Positions 46,251 to 55,041 of a stretch of 64,000 bases of DNA are shown here, in pieces. The stretch comes from a virus: IMG/VR virus record IMGVR_UViG_3300045581_000900, positions 47,940-111,939 of that record, one strand, 5' to 3'. Positions within the stretch are counted from its first letter, which is position 1; each line of letters starts with the position of its first letter. Under the pieces are notes generated by a model. It made no database searches. It was given only the letters and a program-made list of their open reading frames with translations, and was not told the origin of the DNA. The position numbers were made by a program, and so were the translations under genes.

Positions 46251-46496
46251 TCAGCCGGAGACGGGCTCCGCGATGACCGTGCCGTTGGACAGCGTGGCGT
46301 GCTGGTAGCGGCGGCGGGTCACGCCGTGCTCCCAGTCGAACCACGCCAGAGCACCCGTGTCATTGCCGACAAACTCGGCGAACGACTCCCGGACCGCGGC
46401 GAGACCGCGACCGGTGCCCACGACCTTGACGGTCTCGGCCAGCAGGCTATCGAACTGGGCGGCCTGCTCACGGGTAAAGGTGGTGTTGTTCTGCAT
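46251..46496 (-). CDS. Hypothetical protein
   Basis: SD GGAG; start MQNNTT. Confidence 0.65.
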   Translation of the reverse strand: MQNNTTFTREQAAQFDSLLAETVKVVGTGRGLAAVRESFAEFVGNDTGALAWFDWEHGVTRRRYQHATLSNGTVIAEPVSG

Positions 46497-46598
46497 GATA
46501 GAATCACTCCACAGCGACACAATTGAGTTAAAGTTCAACAGCCCTGTCGAACCCCGGGCAGGGCACTACGTCGCGAATAGTATTCCCCTGCTTATTAG

Positions 46599-46627
46599 AT
46601 ATGCCGTGGTTTTGCTGTTTATTTAGC
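46599..46627 (-). promoter_or_regulatory. Phage promoter-like motif (copy 2)
   Basis: GCTAAAT-N15-GGCATAT. Confidence 0.8.
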
Positions 46628-46647
46628 TATTGGCGGGCAGGGGTTTT

Positions 46648-46677
46648 GATAGCTAAAAAAAAAGCCCCGAAGGGCTT
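46648..46677 (-). terminator. Terminator with T9AGCTATC tail
   Basis: AAGCCC-TTCG-GGGCTT hairpin. Confidence 0.82.
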
Positions 46678-46687
46678 CGGCTGGGGA

Positions 46688-47008
46688 CTAGCCGCGGGAC
46701 AACCCACGGCAGCCGACGACGTTGCCAGCGTCGTCGCGGACGAGTTCCCCGGGGGCGAACACATCGTCCCGGTCGCTGCAACGAGCGGCGACCATCCCCG
46801 ACACAACATAAACTGTTCCCCGCTTCGGGGCCGGAAGCCCCTCGACCTCGCCAAAGGAGGTCATCGACGTGGGAATGCCGTCGACCTCGGGCCCGGCGGC
46901 CCGAGTGGTGGCGACGCGAGCCACCGTCCCCGACTTTGCAATGACGCGAACGTCACCAGCGGGGAGCACGATCTTGATGTCGTGCGGCGTCAAATTCGTA
47001 ATCGTCAT
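46688..47008 (-). CDS. Conserved-type phage hypothetical protein (NLTPH family)
   Basis: NLTPHDI...GLPAP...YVVS...PGELVRD...VGC; SD GGAGG. Confidence 0.75.
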   Translation of the reverse strand: MTITNLTPHDIKIVLPAGDVRVIAKSGTVARVATTRAAGPEVDGIPTSMTSFGEVEGLPAPKRGTVYVVSGMVAARCSDRDDVFAPGELVRDDAGNVVGCRGLSRG

Positions 47009-47113
47009 ATAAACCTCCAAAAAGAAACACGCAACGTAAACACGGACGTTGCACCCGTTTGCTCCCTGATGAGTGACGTGCTTGAGAGCACCAGCCCGGA
47101 AGTAAGCTTTCGC

Positions 47114-47272
47114 CTAAATCACATCCCAGCCGTTGAGCCGGATGTGCACCGTATCCAGCTTCTTGGCCAGCCGGCGGTTCAGCCGGTGGTTCAGCCGCTT
47201 GAGGAACTTGCGGCTCTTGGCCACACGGCGGGTCTGGCAGCGAAGGCTCCAACCGCGATTCCAATCGGTCAT
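47114..47272 (-). CDS. Small Arg-rich protein
   Basis: SD GGAGG; KFLKRLNHRLNRRLAK. Confidence 0.65.
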   Translation of the reverse strand: MTDWNRGWSLRCQTRRVAKSRKFLKRLNHRLNRRLAKKLDTVHIRLNGWDVI

Positions 47273-47386
47273 ACATACCTCCGTTAAAACAACAAAAGAA
47301 CGCAACCAATCACCGCTGGTTGCATACGGGTGCACACAGTGAGTCACGTGCTCGTGTGCTCCAAGCCCGGTGTAGGTTCGCAAGAC

Positions 47387-47683
47387 CTACGGGGAGTCGC
47401 TGAGGCACGGCTCGACAATCCCACCGTGTTTTTCAATCACGGCTTCGACGACCTCGACCGGCACGTATCCGTAGACCGTACCAGTGGCGTCGTCAGGATT
47501 CTCGGCGTACTCCATGAACTCTCCGACCCGTCGCGAGGGAAAGCCGATTTCGACGGCGATCCATGGCCCGACGCTATCCCGCGGCGTGCAGTAGTGCGTG
47601 ACGCTCGCCTGTACGGAGAGCGTCAGCCCGTCGGCACACTCGATGGGAAGCACCTGCCGAAAACGGTTCTTGGGCTCATCCAA
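47387..47683 (-). CDS. Conserved-type phage hypothetical protein (start uncertain)
   Basis: CADGLTLSVQAS..YC.PR...VEIGFPS...YGYVP...KHGG. Confidence 0.72.
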   Translation of the reverse strand: MDEPKNRFRQVLPIECADGLTLSVQASVTHYCTPRDSVGPWIAVEIGFPSRRVGEFMEYAENPDDATGTVYGYVPVEVVEAVIEKHGGIVEPCLSDSP

Positions 47684-47821
47684 CTGGAAAGCCTTGAACT
47701 CTTCTCGGAGGTTTGCGGGGTCAAGCAGGTAGGCGTTGAGGTTAAACGCTATGGCCTGATCCTTCGAAGATGGCAGTCATACAACACAGGTGCCCGATGA
47801 CTGCAAACCGGGGCACAGAGA

Positions 47822-47850
47822 ATATGCCACGGTATTGTTGTTTATTTAGC
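47822..47850 (-). promoter_or_regulatory. Phage promoter-like motif (copy 3)
   Basis: GCTAAAT-N15-GGCATAT. Confidence 0.8.
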
Positions 47851-47865
47851 TGGCGACCGACGGGC

Positions 47866-50475
47866 TTAGGGCACCGTGAGTGACACCAGATTCCCCGACG
47901 GTTCCGGCCCGCTGGATAAGCTAGACCATACAGATGCGGGCGGTTGTTCCGGCGGCGTGGCGGCGGTGGTGGCAAACTGGTTTGTCCAGAAATGAATTTG
48001 GGCGTCAGGCGTGTACGTGGGCAGAGCCCCGAGATTTTTTCCGATATACCACGCGTCCGACAACAATATGCCGGCGTCAACCGCGGGCTGCGAATCGGCC
48101 CAATAGAGGTATGCAAACACGCCGCCTTGTGATTGGGTGGCAGGGCTTCGAACATAGTACGGCTTGTCTTGGTACGTGCCCGCGTACGTGTAGATGCCGG
48201 CAACGTCCGAACTCGTTTGTGTGACAAGCACAAATCCGGGGTCCGGCGGCGGCAAGCCCGGCGTCGTCAATGTGGCCGCGTTGCTATACGCGAGGACTTG
48301 AACCTGCTCGCCGCCGCAGAAAATATAAGAATACACCAGACACCGCCATTTACTCCAGTTATCGGCGTACGTTAAGCCTGAAAGTTGCAGCGTCGGTTGG
48401 GAGTACGTGGGCCCCTCCATCCAATCGGTCCACGTAACGCCGTTATCGTTGGATCGCTGCCATTGATAACTGAAACCATTTTGCCCCCCGAATCCGACAA
48501 AATTCTTTGTGGCCTGCACGGAAAAAGCCGCCGCGGACCCGATGTTTGTTGAATAGTTTGTCGGATGCTGGGTAATCGTCATCGTAGGCACCGGCACAGT
48601 CAGCGTCACGGCGTTGCTGGCGACACTGACCGAGGGGTCGAGCGTAGACGTGGCAACCACGCGGTAGAGGGCACCATTTGAAAGATTCGCCATTCCGGTG
48701 GGCGTCGCGTAACTGTATATCCACAGGGCGGCCGAGATGCCGCCGGCCCAGTAAGCGTCAGTCGTGGTTTGATACAGCCGGCCGTTGCTGATATTTGTCC
48801 AACTGACGCCATTGTCGCTTGACGTCTGCCATTGAAACGTTTGCGAGCCGATGGAGACCGTGCTGATAGCCGAAAAAAGAGCCGCGTGTTCAGAAGAGTA
48901 CGGAACTGGATTGTTGGGGGCGGTGGGGCCGTAGCAGGCGTCGAGATCAGCCGTGTCATTTTGCGGCTGGCTCGTGAATGTGATGACAGGCACTACCGGC
49001 GTACCACTGGCAGTTAAGGCGTACGGGCCAGTCCCCTGACTGTTCACAGCGGCCACTCTAAATAGATAACTCACGCCGTTTGTCAGACCAGTCACAACAG
49101 CAGAAGTTGTTGTTGAAACGCCGTCGTTAAATGTTGTCCACGTCGAGCCGTTGTTCGACGAGTATTGCACGACGTAATTAGTAATGCTGTATCCTCCCGT
49201 GTTCGTCGGAGCAGCCCACGACAAAATAACTTGTGCATCGCCAAACGTCGCACTGAGGCTTGTCGGGGCGGCGGGTGTCGTTAATACCGTATCAATCTTT
49301 GTGCCATCCCACAGAGCCACATACGTGCTGTCGCCGAGCATGACAAACCTGTCATTGCCGTATGCGATAGCGTTGTGTTTGACGCTTGCGGCTGAAGTTG
49401 TCTGCGACGCCCACGTATTCCCATCCCGCGAACAAAAAATATTTGAACTAACACCAGTTTTGTTGCCGACCGCGACAAAAAGGCCGCCACCGAACGCAAG
49501 TCCAGTCACGGTGGTCGCAAGTTGCACGGCGTTTTGGCCCCACTCCCACGTATTGCCGTTCGTTGTGGTGGCCAAAACCCGCGACGTGGAGAGCGTGCCA
49601 GTTTCTACCGCGACCGTTTTGTTATTGCCGACCCGGTGGAGAAGCGTGTTGAAAGACATGCCGGTGGGTGCCGCAGTCGTTTTTCGCCAATCCATATTCG
49701 TAGCCGCAAAATACCATTGCCCGTCGTGATCCTGTACGAGCCATCCGTCTGGCGTAGATATCAGCGTGCCCCACGCCGGATAGAAGGGCGTGACGGTTTG
49801 AGTTGCGGGGTCGTAGAACGTGTTCTCACACATGCCGATAAGGCTGCCGCCAAAAGCCTGAGCAATTGGGGTATTTGTGGCGTTGGCCGGCGGAACAGCA
49901 AACAATTCCCCGGGCCATGTGGGCTGGTTCACGCTACTCGGTCTGTGCCGGGAAACTAACTTGTACGGGATGTGTGAGGCCGAACCCCAATTGGCTATAG
50001 AGCACCCGTTGGCGGAAAAATTAGTTTCAATCCATGTGATCCCGTCATATGAATAAGCCAGCACAAGCGTTGCGGACGAGTAAGCATACTGGTCGCCAAT
50101 TACAGCAAATACGGGGGCGGCTCCGCTGCCGGCCATCATGCCGTAAGCCAGTGAGTAGCCGGTAGTTATACGCTTGTTAAACGTGTATCGGAGCGTCCAC
50201 GTTATACCGTCAAAAGACGTATATAACTTTGTTTTTAAATTCGCCTCGTTCATGCCGCCATAAAACGGCTCCAAGCCCATACCCACGAACTGGCCGTCGC
50301 CGAACACAACCCCGTACCACGCCACGTTGGGTTTTTGACCGACCGTCCAATTCAATATTTTGTTAGACGACAGCCGCTCTTCGTACACGATATTTGTGCC
50401 GAGGTAGCCACTGGCTACTGTTTGCGTGCCCAGTTTTAAAGCGGCGGGTGCGGCAGTGCCGAAAAATGTGGGCAT
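47866..50475 (-). CDS. Tail-fibre/adhesin-like protein: beta-propeller (BNR repeats) + FN3 + Ig-like domains
   Basis: S.DG.TW repeats; FN3 APTSLSAT...LSWAAP...VTGLTNGVSYLFRVAAVN; ITQHP...YQWQ Ig repeats. Confidence 0.8.
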   Translation of the reverse strand: MPTFFGTAAPAALKLGTQTVASGYLGTNIVYEERLSSNKILNWTVGQKPNVAWYGVVFGDGQFVGMGLEPFYGGMNEANLKTKLYTSFDGITWTLRYTFNKRITTGYSLAYGMMAGSGAAPVFAVIGDQYAYSSATLVLAYSYDGITWIETNFSANGCSIANWGSASHIPYKLVSRHRPSSVNQPTWPGELFAVPPANATNTPIAQAFGGSLIGMCENTFYDPATQTVTPFYPAWGTLISTPDGWLVQDHDGQWYFAATNMDWRKTTAAPTGMSFNTLLHRVGNNKTVAVETGTLSTSRVLATTTNGNTWEWGQNAVQLATTVTGLAFGGGLFVAVGNKTGVSSNIFCSRDGNTWASQTTSAASVKHNAIAYGNDRFVMLGDSTYVALWDGTKIDTVLTTPAAPTSLSATFGDAQVILSWAAPTNTGGYSITNYVVQYSSNNGSTWTTFNDGVSTTTSAVVTGLTNGVSYLFRVAAVNSQGTGPYALTASGTPVVPVITFTSQPQNDTADLDACYGPTAPNNPVPYSSEHAALFSAISTVSIGSQTFQWQTSSDNGVSWTNISNGRLYQTTTDAYWAGGISAALWIYSYATPTGMANLSNGALYRVVATSTLDPSVSVASNAVTLTVPVPTMTITQHPTNYSTNIGSAAAFSVQATKNFVGFGGQNGFSYQWQRSNDNGVTWTDWMEGPTYSQPTLQLSGLTYADNWSKWRCLVYSYIFCGGEQVQVLAYSNAATLTTPGLPPPDPGFVLVTQTSSDVAGIYTYAGTYQDKPYYVRSPATQSQGGVFAYLYWADSQPAVDAGILLSDAWYIGKNLGALPTYTPDAQIHFWTNQFATTAATPPEQPPASVWSSLSSGPEPSGNLVSLTVP

Positions 50476-50482
50476 GATTGTT

Positions 50483-50522
50483 GATAGCTAAAAAAAAGGG
50501 GCGAACGAATTTTCGTTGCCCC
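50483..50522 (-). terminator. Terminator with T8AGCTATC tail
   Basis: GGGGCAACGAA/TTCGTTCGCCCC stem. Confidence 0.82.
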
Positions 50523-50532
50523 GATTCTACCA

Positions 50533-51156
50533 TCAGTCCCACAGTCCGCGAAGGTACTTTCCAAAGAGGCACAGGCCGTTTTGGATGCGGTTTTCGTGGG
50601 CTTTCATGGCCTCGAAGTCGTAGGTCGTCCGGGCCATCATTTCGGTAAACGAGATGCCCGGCTCGTCACTGGGCTTGGCCGGGTCTTTGTCTTTACTGAA
50701 CTGCCCAGCTTCGTCGCCCTTCTCGATCTGTTCCCACGCCCAGATCATTTCGTCGATGACCCAGTCCCACCGTTTAAAGTGATTATCATCGACGCCGCCG
50801 TAATTCTCCTGCTCTGGAGTGAGCGGCGGGGCAGATGTCGATCGCAGATGCTCGGGCACGTCGGCGTCGTCCACATATGGGGCTCCCTGCTTTGTCTTCT
50901 GGAGCATTTTGAGCATCGGCACGACGATGACGCTGAGCGTGGCATCCATGCTCCAGACGTCGTAATAATCAATGCGGACCTTGATCCGCCGCTTTCGGCG
51001 TTCGTCGATCCATTCGCAGACGGCCTTGAGCCACGTCTTGTTCAGCCACTCACCGATCTTGTGGCAGCGGTCTTCGGAGACGCCGACGTACTGAAGCAAA
51101 TCGGCAATTTGATAGGGGCCGATCCAACTTACGTAGGGGCCGAGATATACCTTCAC
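50533..51156 (-). CDS. Conserved-type phage hypothetical protein
   Basis: GTG start KVYLGPY; DVWSMDATL...RWDWVIDEMIWA...GLCLFGKYLRGLWD. Confidence 0.75.
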   Translation of the reverse strand: MKVYLGPYVSWIGPYQIADLLQYVGVSEDRCHKIGEWLNKTWLKAVCEWIDERRKRRIKVRIDYYDVWSMDATLSVIVVPMLKMLQKTKQGAPYVDDADVPEHLRSTSAPPLTPEQENYGGVDDNHFKRWDWVIDEMIWAWEQIEKGDEAGQFSKDKDPAKPSDEPGISFTEMMARTTYDFEAMKAHENRIQNGLCLFGKYLRGLWD

Positions 51157-51446
51157 GGTGCACTCCTTGCAGGTTTTTGAAACCGGGGGAACTGGTGCTT
51201 GCAGTCGGGGCACATCCAGTACGACACGCCGTCATAGTGATCAATGTGGTCGTACGGGAGTTCTACGCCGATGATCCGGCTGAACTTGTACGGCGGGGAA
51301 TAGCACTGTTGGATATACGCCCGCAGTTCCTCGTCCGTCTTGTCTTTGGTCCAGTCTTGCGGGCGGAGCACGTCGAAGATGTCGCCGCCGTCCCAGCTAG
51401 CACTGCATTCGGGGCAGTTGCCGTGATGGTCGAGTTTAGTGGTCAT
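51153..51446 (-). CDS. Zn-ribbon protein
   Basis: CPEC...YDGVSYWMCPDC. Confidence 0.7.
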   Translation of the reverse strand: MTTKLDHHGNCPECSASWDGGDIFDVLRPQDWTKDKTDEELRAYIQQCYSPPYKFSRIIGVELPYDHIDHYDGVSYWMCPDCKHQFPRFQKPARSAP

Positions 51447-51711
51447 TGTGCGAAAGCTCCACAGCGAGGGCGTGAATGACAAGCTCGGCGACGTAGAGCC
51501 GATACTCGTCGTAAGGCCAGTTGATGAGTTGTTTTTGGTCTTCGTGCGGCTCGATGTCAAACATCGCCACGCCGTCGATCACGGACAGGGTGCACGAGAA
51601 CTTGTTCTGGTCCAGCCAATAGCCGACTTCTTTAAGCCGGTCAAGCTGGGCATCGTTTCGCACCCGACCGAGCAGGATATTAACAGAAAAACAGTCTTTG
51701 TCGTCGGCCAT
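51436..51711 (-). CDS. Hypothetical protein
   Basis: SD GAGG; start MADDKD. Confidence 0.6.
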   Translation of the reverse strand: MADDKDCFSVNILLGRVRNDAQLDRLKEVGYWLDQNKFSCTLSVIDGVAMFDIEPHEDQKQLINWPYDEYRLYVAELVIHALAVELSHNDH

Positions 51712-51805
51712 TGTGAGCGGCACCTCTGGGGGTAAAGACAACAATACCGACCGGGTCGGGCTAGGTGGCGGTCCCTAGCCCGAGCCCGGAGTATAGCACG
51801 TGAGA

Positions 51806-52591
51806 TCAGACGTTACCGGCTGCGATTTGGCACACAGTCGGAGCAATCCGCTTGAAGCCGTCGACGATAACGGCATATTCGCTCGGCTTGCGGCCGGCTT
51901 GCGGCTTCTTCCGTTTGTCGTGCCGGCTCTCACGGCGGTTCAGAGGAAACGGCAAAAACCGAACCTCTTCATTCACGTCGAGCGGCCAATTCCCATAACG
52001 GTCAAACTGCCGCACAGCGTCGCGTAGCTTGGCCGGGGTCTCGTATTCTACGATCCGATTTCCATTGTCGGAGTAGATTTTGCTGACGTATTTGCCCACG
52101 ACAAAACCGTCAAGCAACCCGAAAAAGGAGCGGCGTAAAGCCATGGCCAATACACATTTGCGGCCGTCGCGAGTGGTGGCTTTAACGATATCAGACGCCT
52201 CCACCTTAAACTTCATCGGCTCGTTCGCCCAACCTACCCATTTCCCATTTTTCTGCTGCCGCCACGTAATAGGTTCGGGCGGATATTTAGAACGATCAAT
52301 CTCGCGGAATTTCCGCGGTTTTGAACCGGTAGATTCTGGGCTCTTCTTGGAGCCCTTCACAACCGGGCTCGCGGGCTTGGCACCCTTGCCAAGCTTCTTG
52401 CGAGCCTTCTTCTTTTCCGCCCGTTCAGCAGGCGAAGGCACGTCCACCTTGGAATATTGTCCGGCCTTCCGGGACTTATCAGTCGACTTCTTTGCCGCCG
52501 ATGACGGCTTCTTGTTCGTCGGCTTACGAGCGGACGACTTGCGGGAGTTAACCCGCTTTGGCCCTTGCGGACCTTTGGCCTTCTTGGCCAT
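51806..52591 (-). CDS. Protein with Lys-rich histone-H1-like N-half; paralog of 52667-53047
   Basis: AKKAK/KKS-rich N-half; shared ITWR...TP...RDA...D..G domain. Confidence 0.75.
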   Translation of the reverse strand: MAKKAKGPQGPKRVNSRKSSARKPTNKKPSSAAKKSTDKSRKAGQYSKVDVPSPAERAEKKKARKKLGKGAKPASPVVKGSKKSPESTGSKPRKFREIDRSKYPPEPITWRQQKNGKWVGWANEPMKFKVEASDIVKATTRDGRKCVLAMALRRSFFGLLDGFVVGKYVSKIYSDNGNRIVEYETPAKLRDAVRQFDRYGNWPLDVNEEVRFLPFPLNRRESRHDKRKKPQAGRKPSEYAVIVDGFKRIAPTVCQIAAGNV

Positions 52592-52666
52592 GTTGTTCTT
52601 CTCCGAAGTAGAACAGCCGGGTTAGGTTTTGACGCTAACCCGGCTGCGTGAATTGGTGATTGACGT

Positions 52667-53047
52667 TTACCGACTACTCCGCTTTCTGTAGCGAAGCGAG
52701 TAGGGTTTAAACACAACAGGGCCCGCGACACCTACACGCCCGCTTTTGTCGTAGTCGACGATGGCGTCGCGTACAAAATTGGGCGTGCGGAACGCCACGG
52801 TCCGCGAACCGGGTGAACGACTTTTTGGCGAATGCACATAGAATTTCGTAGTGCAACGCCCGATTTCAACGCCATTAATCCATAAACCAAACTGATCGCG
52901 GAACGCCGCAAGCAGTTCGATTTTGTCGAAGACAACACCGGTTTCTTTCTCCGCGTCTATCTCCGTTAGTGAGCCGTTGAACTTGAACGCCTTGTTCGCA
53001 AAACCGGTTTTACGGTTTCGCCAAGTAATTGCCTTTGCGGTGGCCAT
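52667..53047 (-). CDS. Hypothetical protein; paralog of the 51806-52591 C-domain
   Basis: ITWRNRKTGFANKAFKF...FRTPNFVRDAIVDYDKSG. Confidence 0.7.
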   Translation of the reverse strand: MATAKAITWRNRKTGFANKAFKFNGSLTEIDAEKETGVVFDKIELLAAFRDQFGLWINGVEIGRCTTKFYVHSPKSRSPGSRTVAFRTPNFVRDAIVDYDKSGRVGVAGPVVFKPYSLRYRKRSSR

Positions 53048-53116
53048 GCCTATGAACTCCTGTATTCGCGTGAGGAACCCGCGGCGACGTTGCCCGGGCT
53101 TAAAACTGACATAAAA

Positions 53117-53404
53117 CTAAGCCGCGGCGGGTTCGGGTTCGTCCTTACCCTGCAACGTATTCAACACGGTGTCGGCGTCGCCCAAGCAGGCAGCCGTCAG
53201 CAGAATGATCAGATGCGTGATCGAGAACTCGGTGGGCTCGGCCAGCGTCACGCCGGGCATAGTGCCCTGCAGTTTGGCCGCCGAGCATTCAGACAATCGG
53301 AGCAGATGCGTGAGACTGATTGCCGTTCTCAGATCGTGGGCTGTCCCCACGAAATCGTCGGGTGCGTTGAGCTTGCCGCCGATGCAATAGAAGTTCAGTT
53401 CCAT
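53117..53404 (-). CDS. Hypothetical protein
   Basis: Start MELNFY downstream of the tmRNA terminator. Confidence 0.55.
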   Translation of the reverse strand: MELNFYCIGGKLNAPDDFVGTAHDLRTAISLTHLLRLSECSAAKLQGTMPGVTLAEPTEFSITHLIILLTAACLGDADTVLNTLQGKDEPEPAAA

Positions 53405-53427
53405 AAACTCTGCTTTCGTTAGGGGAC

Positions 53428-53462
53428 AAAAAAAGCCCGGACAGCGAAGTTGCTGCCGGGCT
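53428..53462 (-). terminator. Terminator after tmRNA
   Basis: AGCCCGG-CAGC...GCTG-T-CCGGGCT-TTTTT. Confidence 0.75.
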
Positions 53463-53470
53463 ATGAGAAG

Positions 53471-53817
53471 TGGAGCCGGCCGGATTTGCACCGGCGTCCG
53501 GCGATATATCCAACTAAAACGTCTACATGCGTAGCCTGTTGTGCTTGTCAGCAGGCAAACCAGTCGGACTCACCCGACAGCAGGTGGGCTACCACCATCT
53601 GTGCCTGTCTTTGCAGGCCGTCAGGCGTCTTTCCGCCGGTCCGCACGGTGGGCGATGATGCCGTGCCATCACCCGATCACTGCGTACTAGGCAGCGAGAG
53701 CGGGAGCACTGTTGAAAGTGCCAATTAACAATTTAATCGAGTTTTAACGTGGCCACCCGATCAACCACGGCATGCAGTCTTAATCTTCCTTATCCCGTCG
53801 AATCTAGAATCGGCCCC
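53471..53817 (-). ncRNA. ssrA: tmRNA; tag (A)GTFNSAPALAA at 53687-53722
   Basis: 5-prime GGGGCCGATTCTAGATTCGAC; acceptor with G3-U wobble; pk1 CGTGG..CCACG; tag ends LAA-TAG. Confidence 0.93.
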
Positions 53818-53872
53818 TTGTTGCCACCCATTTTACGGCGATCCGAAGGCTGGGTAGCCCCACCAAAACTAA

Positions 53873-53946
53873 CGAGCACAATGGGACTTGAACCCACAAC
53901 CTCCAGCGTGACAGGCTGGCGATCTAACCAATTGATCTATGTGCCC
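53873..53946 (-). tRNA. tRNA-Asp (GTC)
   Basis: Cloverleaf; loop CTGTCAC. Confidence 0.93.
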
Positions 53947-54330
53947 AAAACACAGTACGTCAGGTTTAGTGCTGCTTCTTTATCCTGACACGGCCGAGTA
54001 TGAAGTTATCTCTGGCACTATACCGCTGTGTTTTTGTTTTGCAACCGTCGCCCCCGCTCTGGCCTAGGGCATGGAGCCCGCTGGTCACGTGGCACGTGAC
54101 CGTTCAGCCAGAGCAGGGACGACGGAAGATCACATCCTACACATGGCAGGCGTGGCTGCCCAGATTATATGCGTAAAGTCACGCTTTGCGTTGCTTTTTG
54201 CATATGAAAAGCGTGGTTTATTCCGGTTGCACCACCACGAGGTTGTTTAAACACCGGACCTTCTGCTGCTTGGTAGCGTTGTGGGGCAAAGCAGCCTGCA
54301 CGCATCCCACGAACGTGCCCAATCGGGCAT

Positions 54331-54403
54331 TGACCCCACGGAGATTCGAACTCCGGTTCCCGCCGTGAAAGGGCGGTGTCCTAGGCCACTAGACGATGGG
54401 GCC
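54331..54403 (-). tRNA. tRNA-Glu (TTC)
   Basis: Cloverleaf; loop CTTTCAC. Confidence 0.93.
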
Positions 54404-54407
54404 GCGA

Positions 54408-54707
54408 TCACCAGTCCTGCCAGTACATGTTCGCCCGCTTGATAGCGACGTCCATGTTCTTACGCCCGACTGGATTCGCGGAGTGTATCAGAACTTCCAT
54501 CGGCGGGAGCAGCTTTTTATACGCCGCCTCTTCGATGAACTTGGCCACGTCATAACCGGTTTTCTCTGACTCTTCGCCCAGATCGTGATCCAGCGAGATG
54601 CACGTCACAAGCCCTGTGCGAAGCGTGCGAATGGCCACGTCGGCGTCTTTGAGCCAGACGTCAAAATCATCCGGCTTTTCTCGGACATCATCGAGCCAGA
54701 GTCTCAT
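54408..54707 (-). CDS. Cyclic-phosphate processing receiver domain protein
   Basis: LWLDDVR, ISLDHDLG, TGYDVA, IHSANPVG. Confidence 0.85.
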   Translation of the reverse strand: MRLWLDDVREKPDDFDVWLKDADVAIRTLRTGLVTCISLDHDLGEESEKTGYDVAKFIEEAAYKKLLPPMEVLIHSANPVGRKNMDVAIKRANMYWQDW

Positions 54708-55041
54708 CGTAGTACGCCTTGTCCTTTTCTTTTAGTGATTCGAGGTGACGATCTACAGCCGCAAACATCCATTCTCGAAGAGCAGTGCTGCCCTCTGATA
54801 GTTCCATGTCGTCAGGAATCGGCTCAAGGGCTTCAATCGGAACAGCGGTGCCATACGGAGCCCCGGTGTCCCAGTGATACTCTGTGGACAGGAACACGCT
54901 GCCGAACTTTTCACGCAGGCCGATAAAACCTTTTTCTTCTTCGTGAAAAACGCCGAGACTGAAGTTTCGGCACGGGACGTAATACAACCATCGCGGCTTA
55001 CAGTCGGCCAGCGGGATCATTCTAGGCGTTGGACGCGGCAT
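54688..55041 (-). CDS. Hypothetical phage protein
   Basis: RNFSLGVF...FIGLREKFG...EYHWD. Confidence 0.7.
   Translation of the reverse strand: MPRPTPRMIPLADCKPRWLYYVPCRNFSLGVFHEEEKGFIGLREKFGSVFLSTEYHWDTGAPYGTAVPIEALEPIPDDMELSEGSTALREWMFAAVDRHLESLKEKDKAYYDETLAR

Noticed and set aside
47023-47112. CTGATGA and GAAA suggesting a hammerhead ribozyme
   Set aside because: It is on the non-transcribed strand, and stems I and II cannot be formed around the core.
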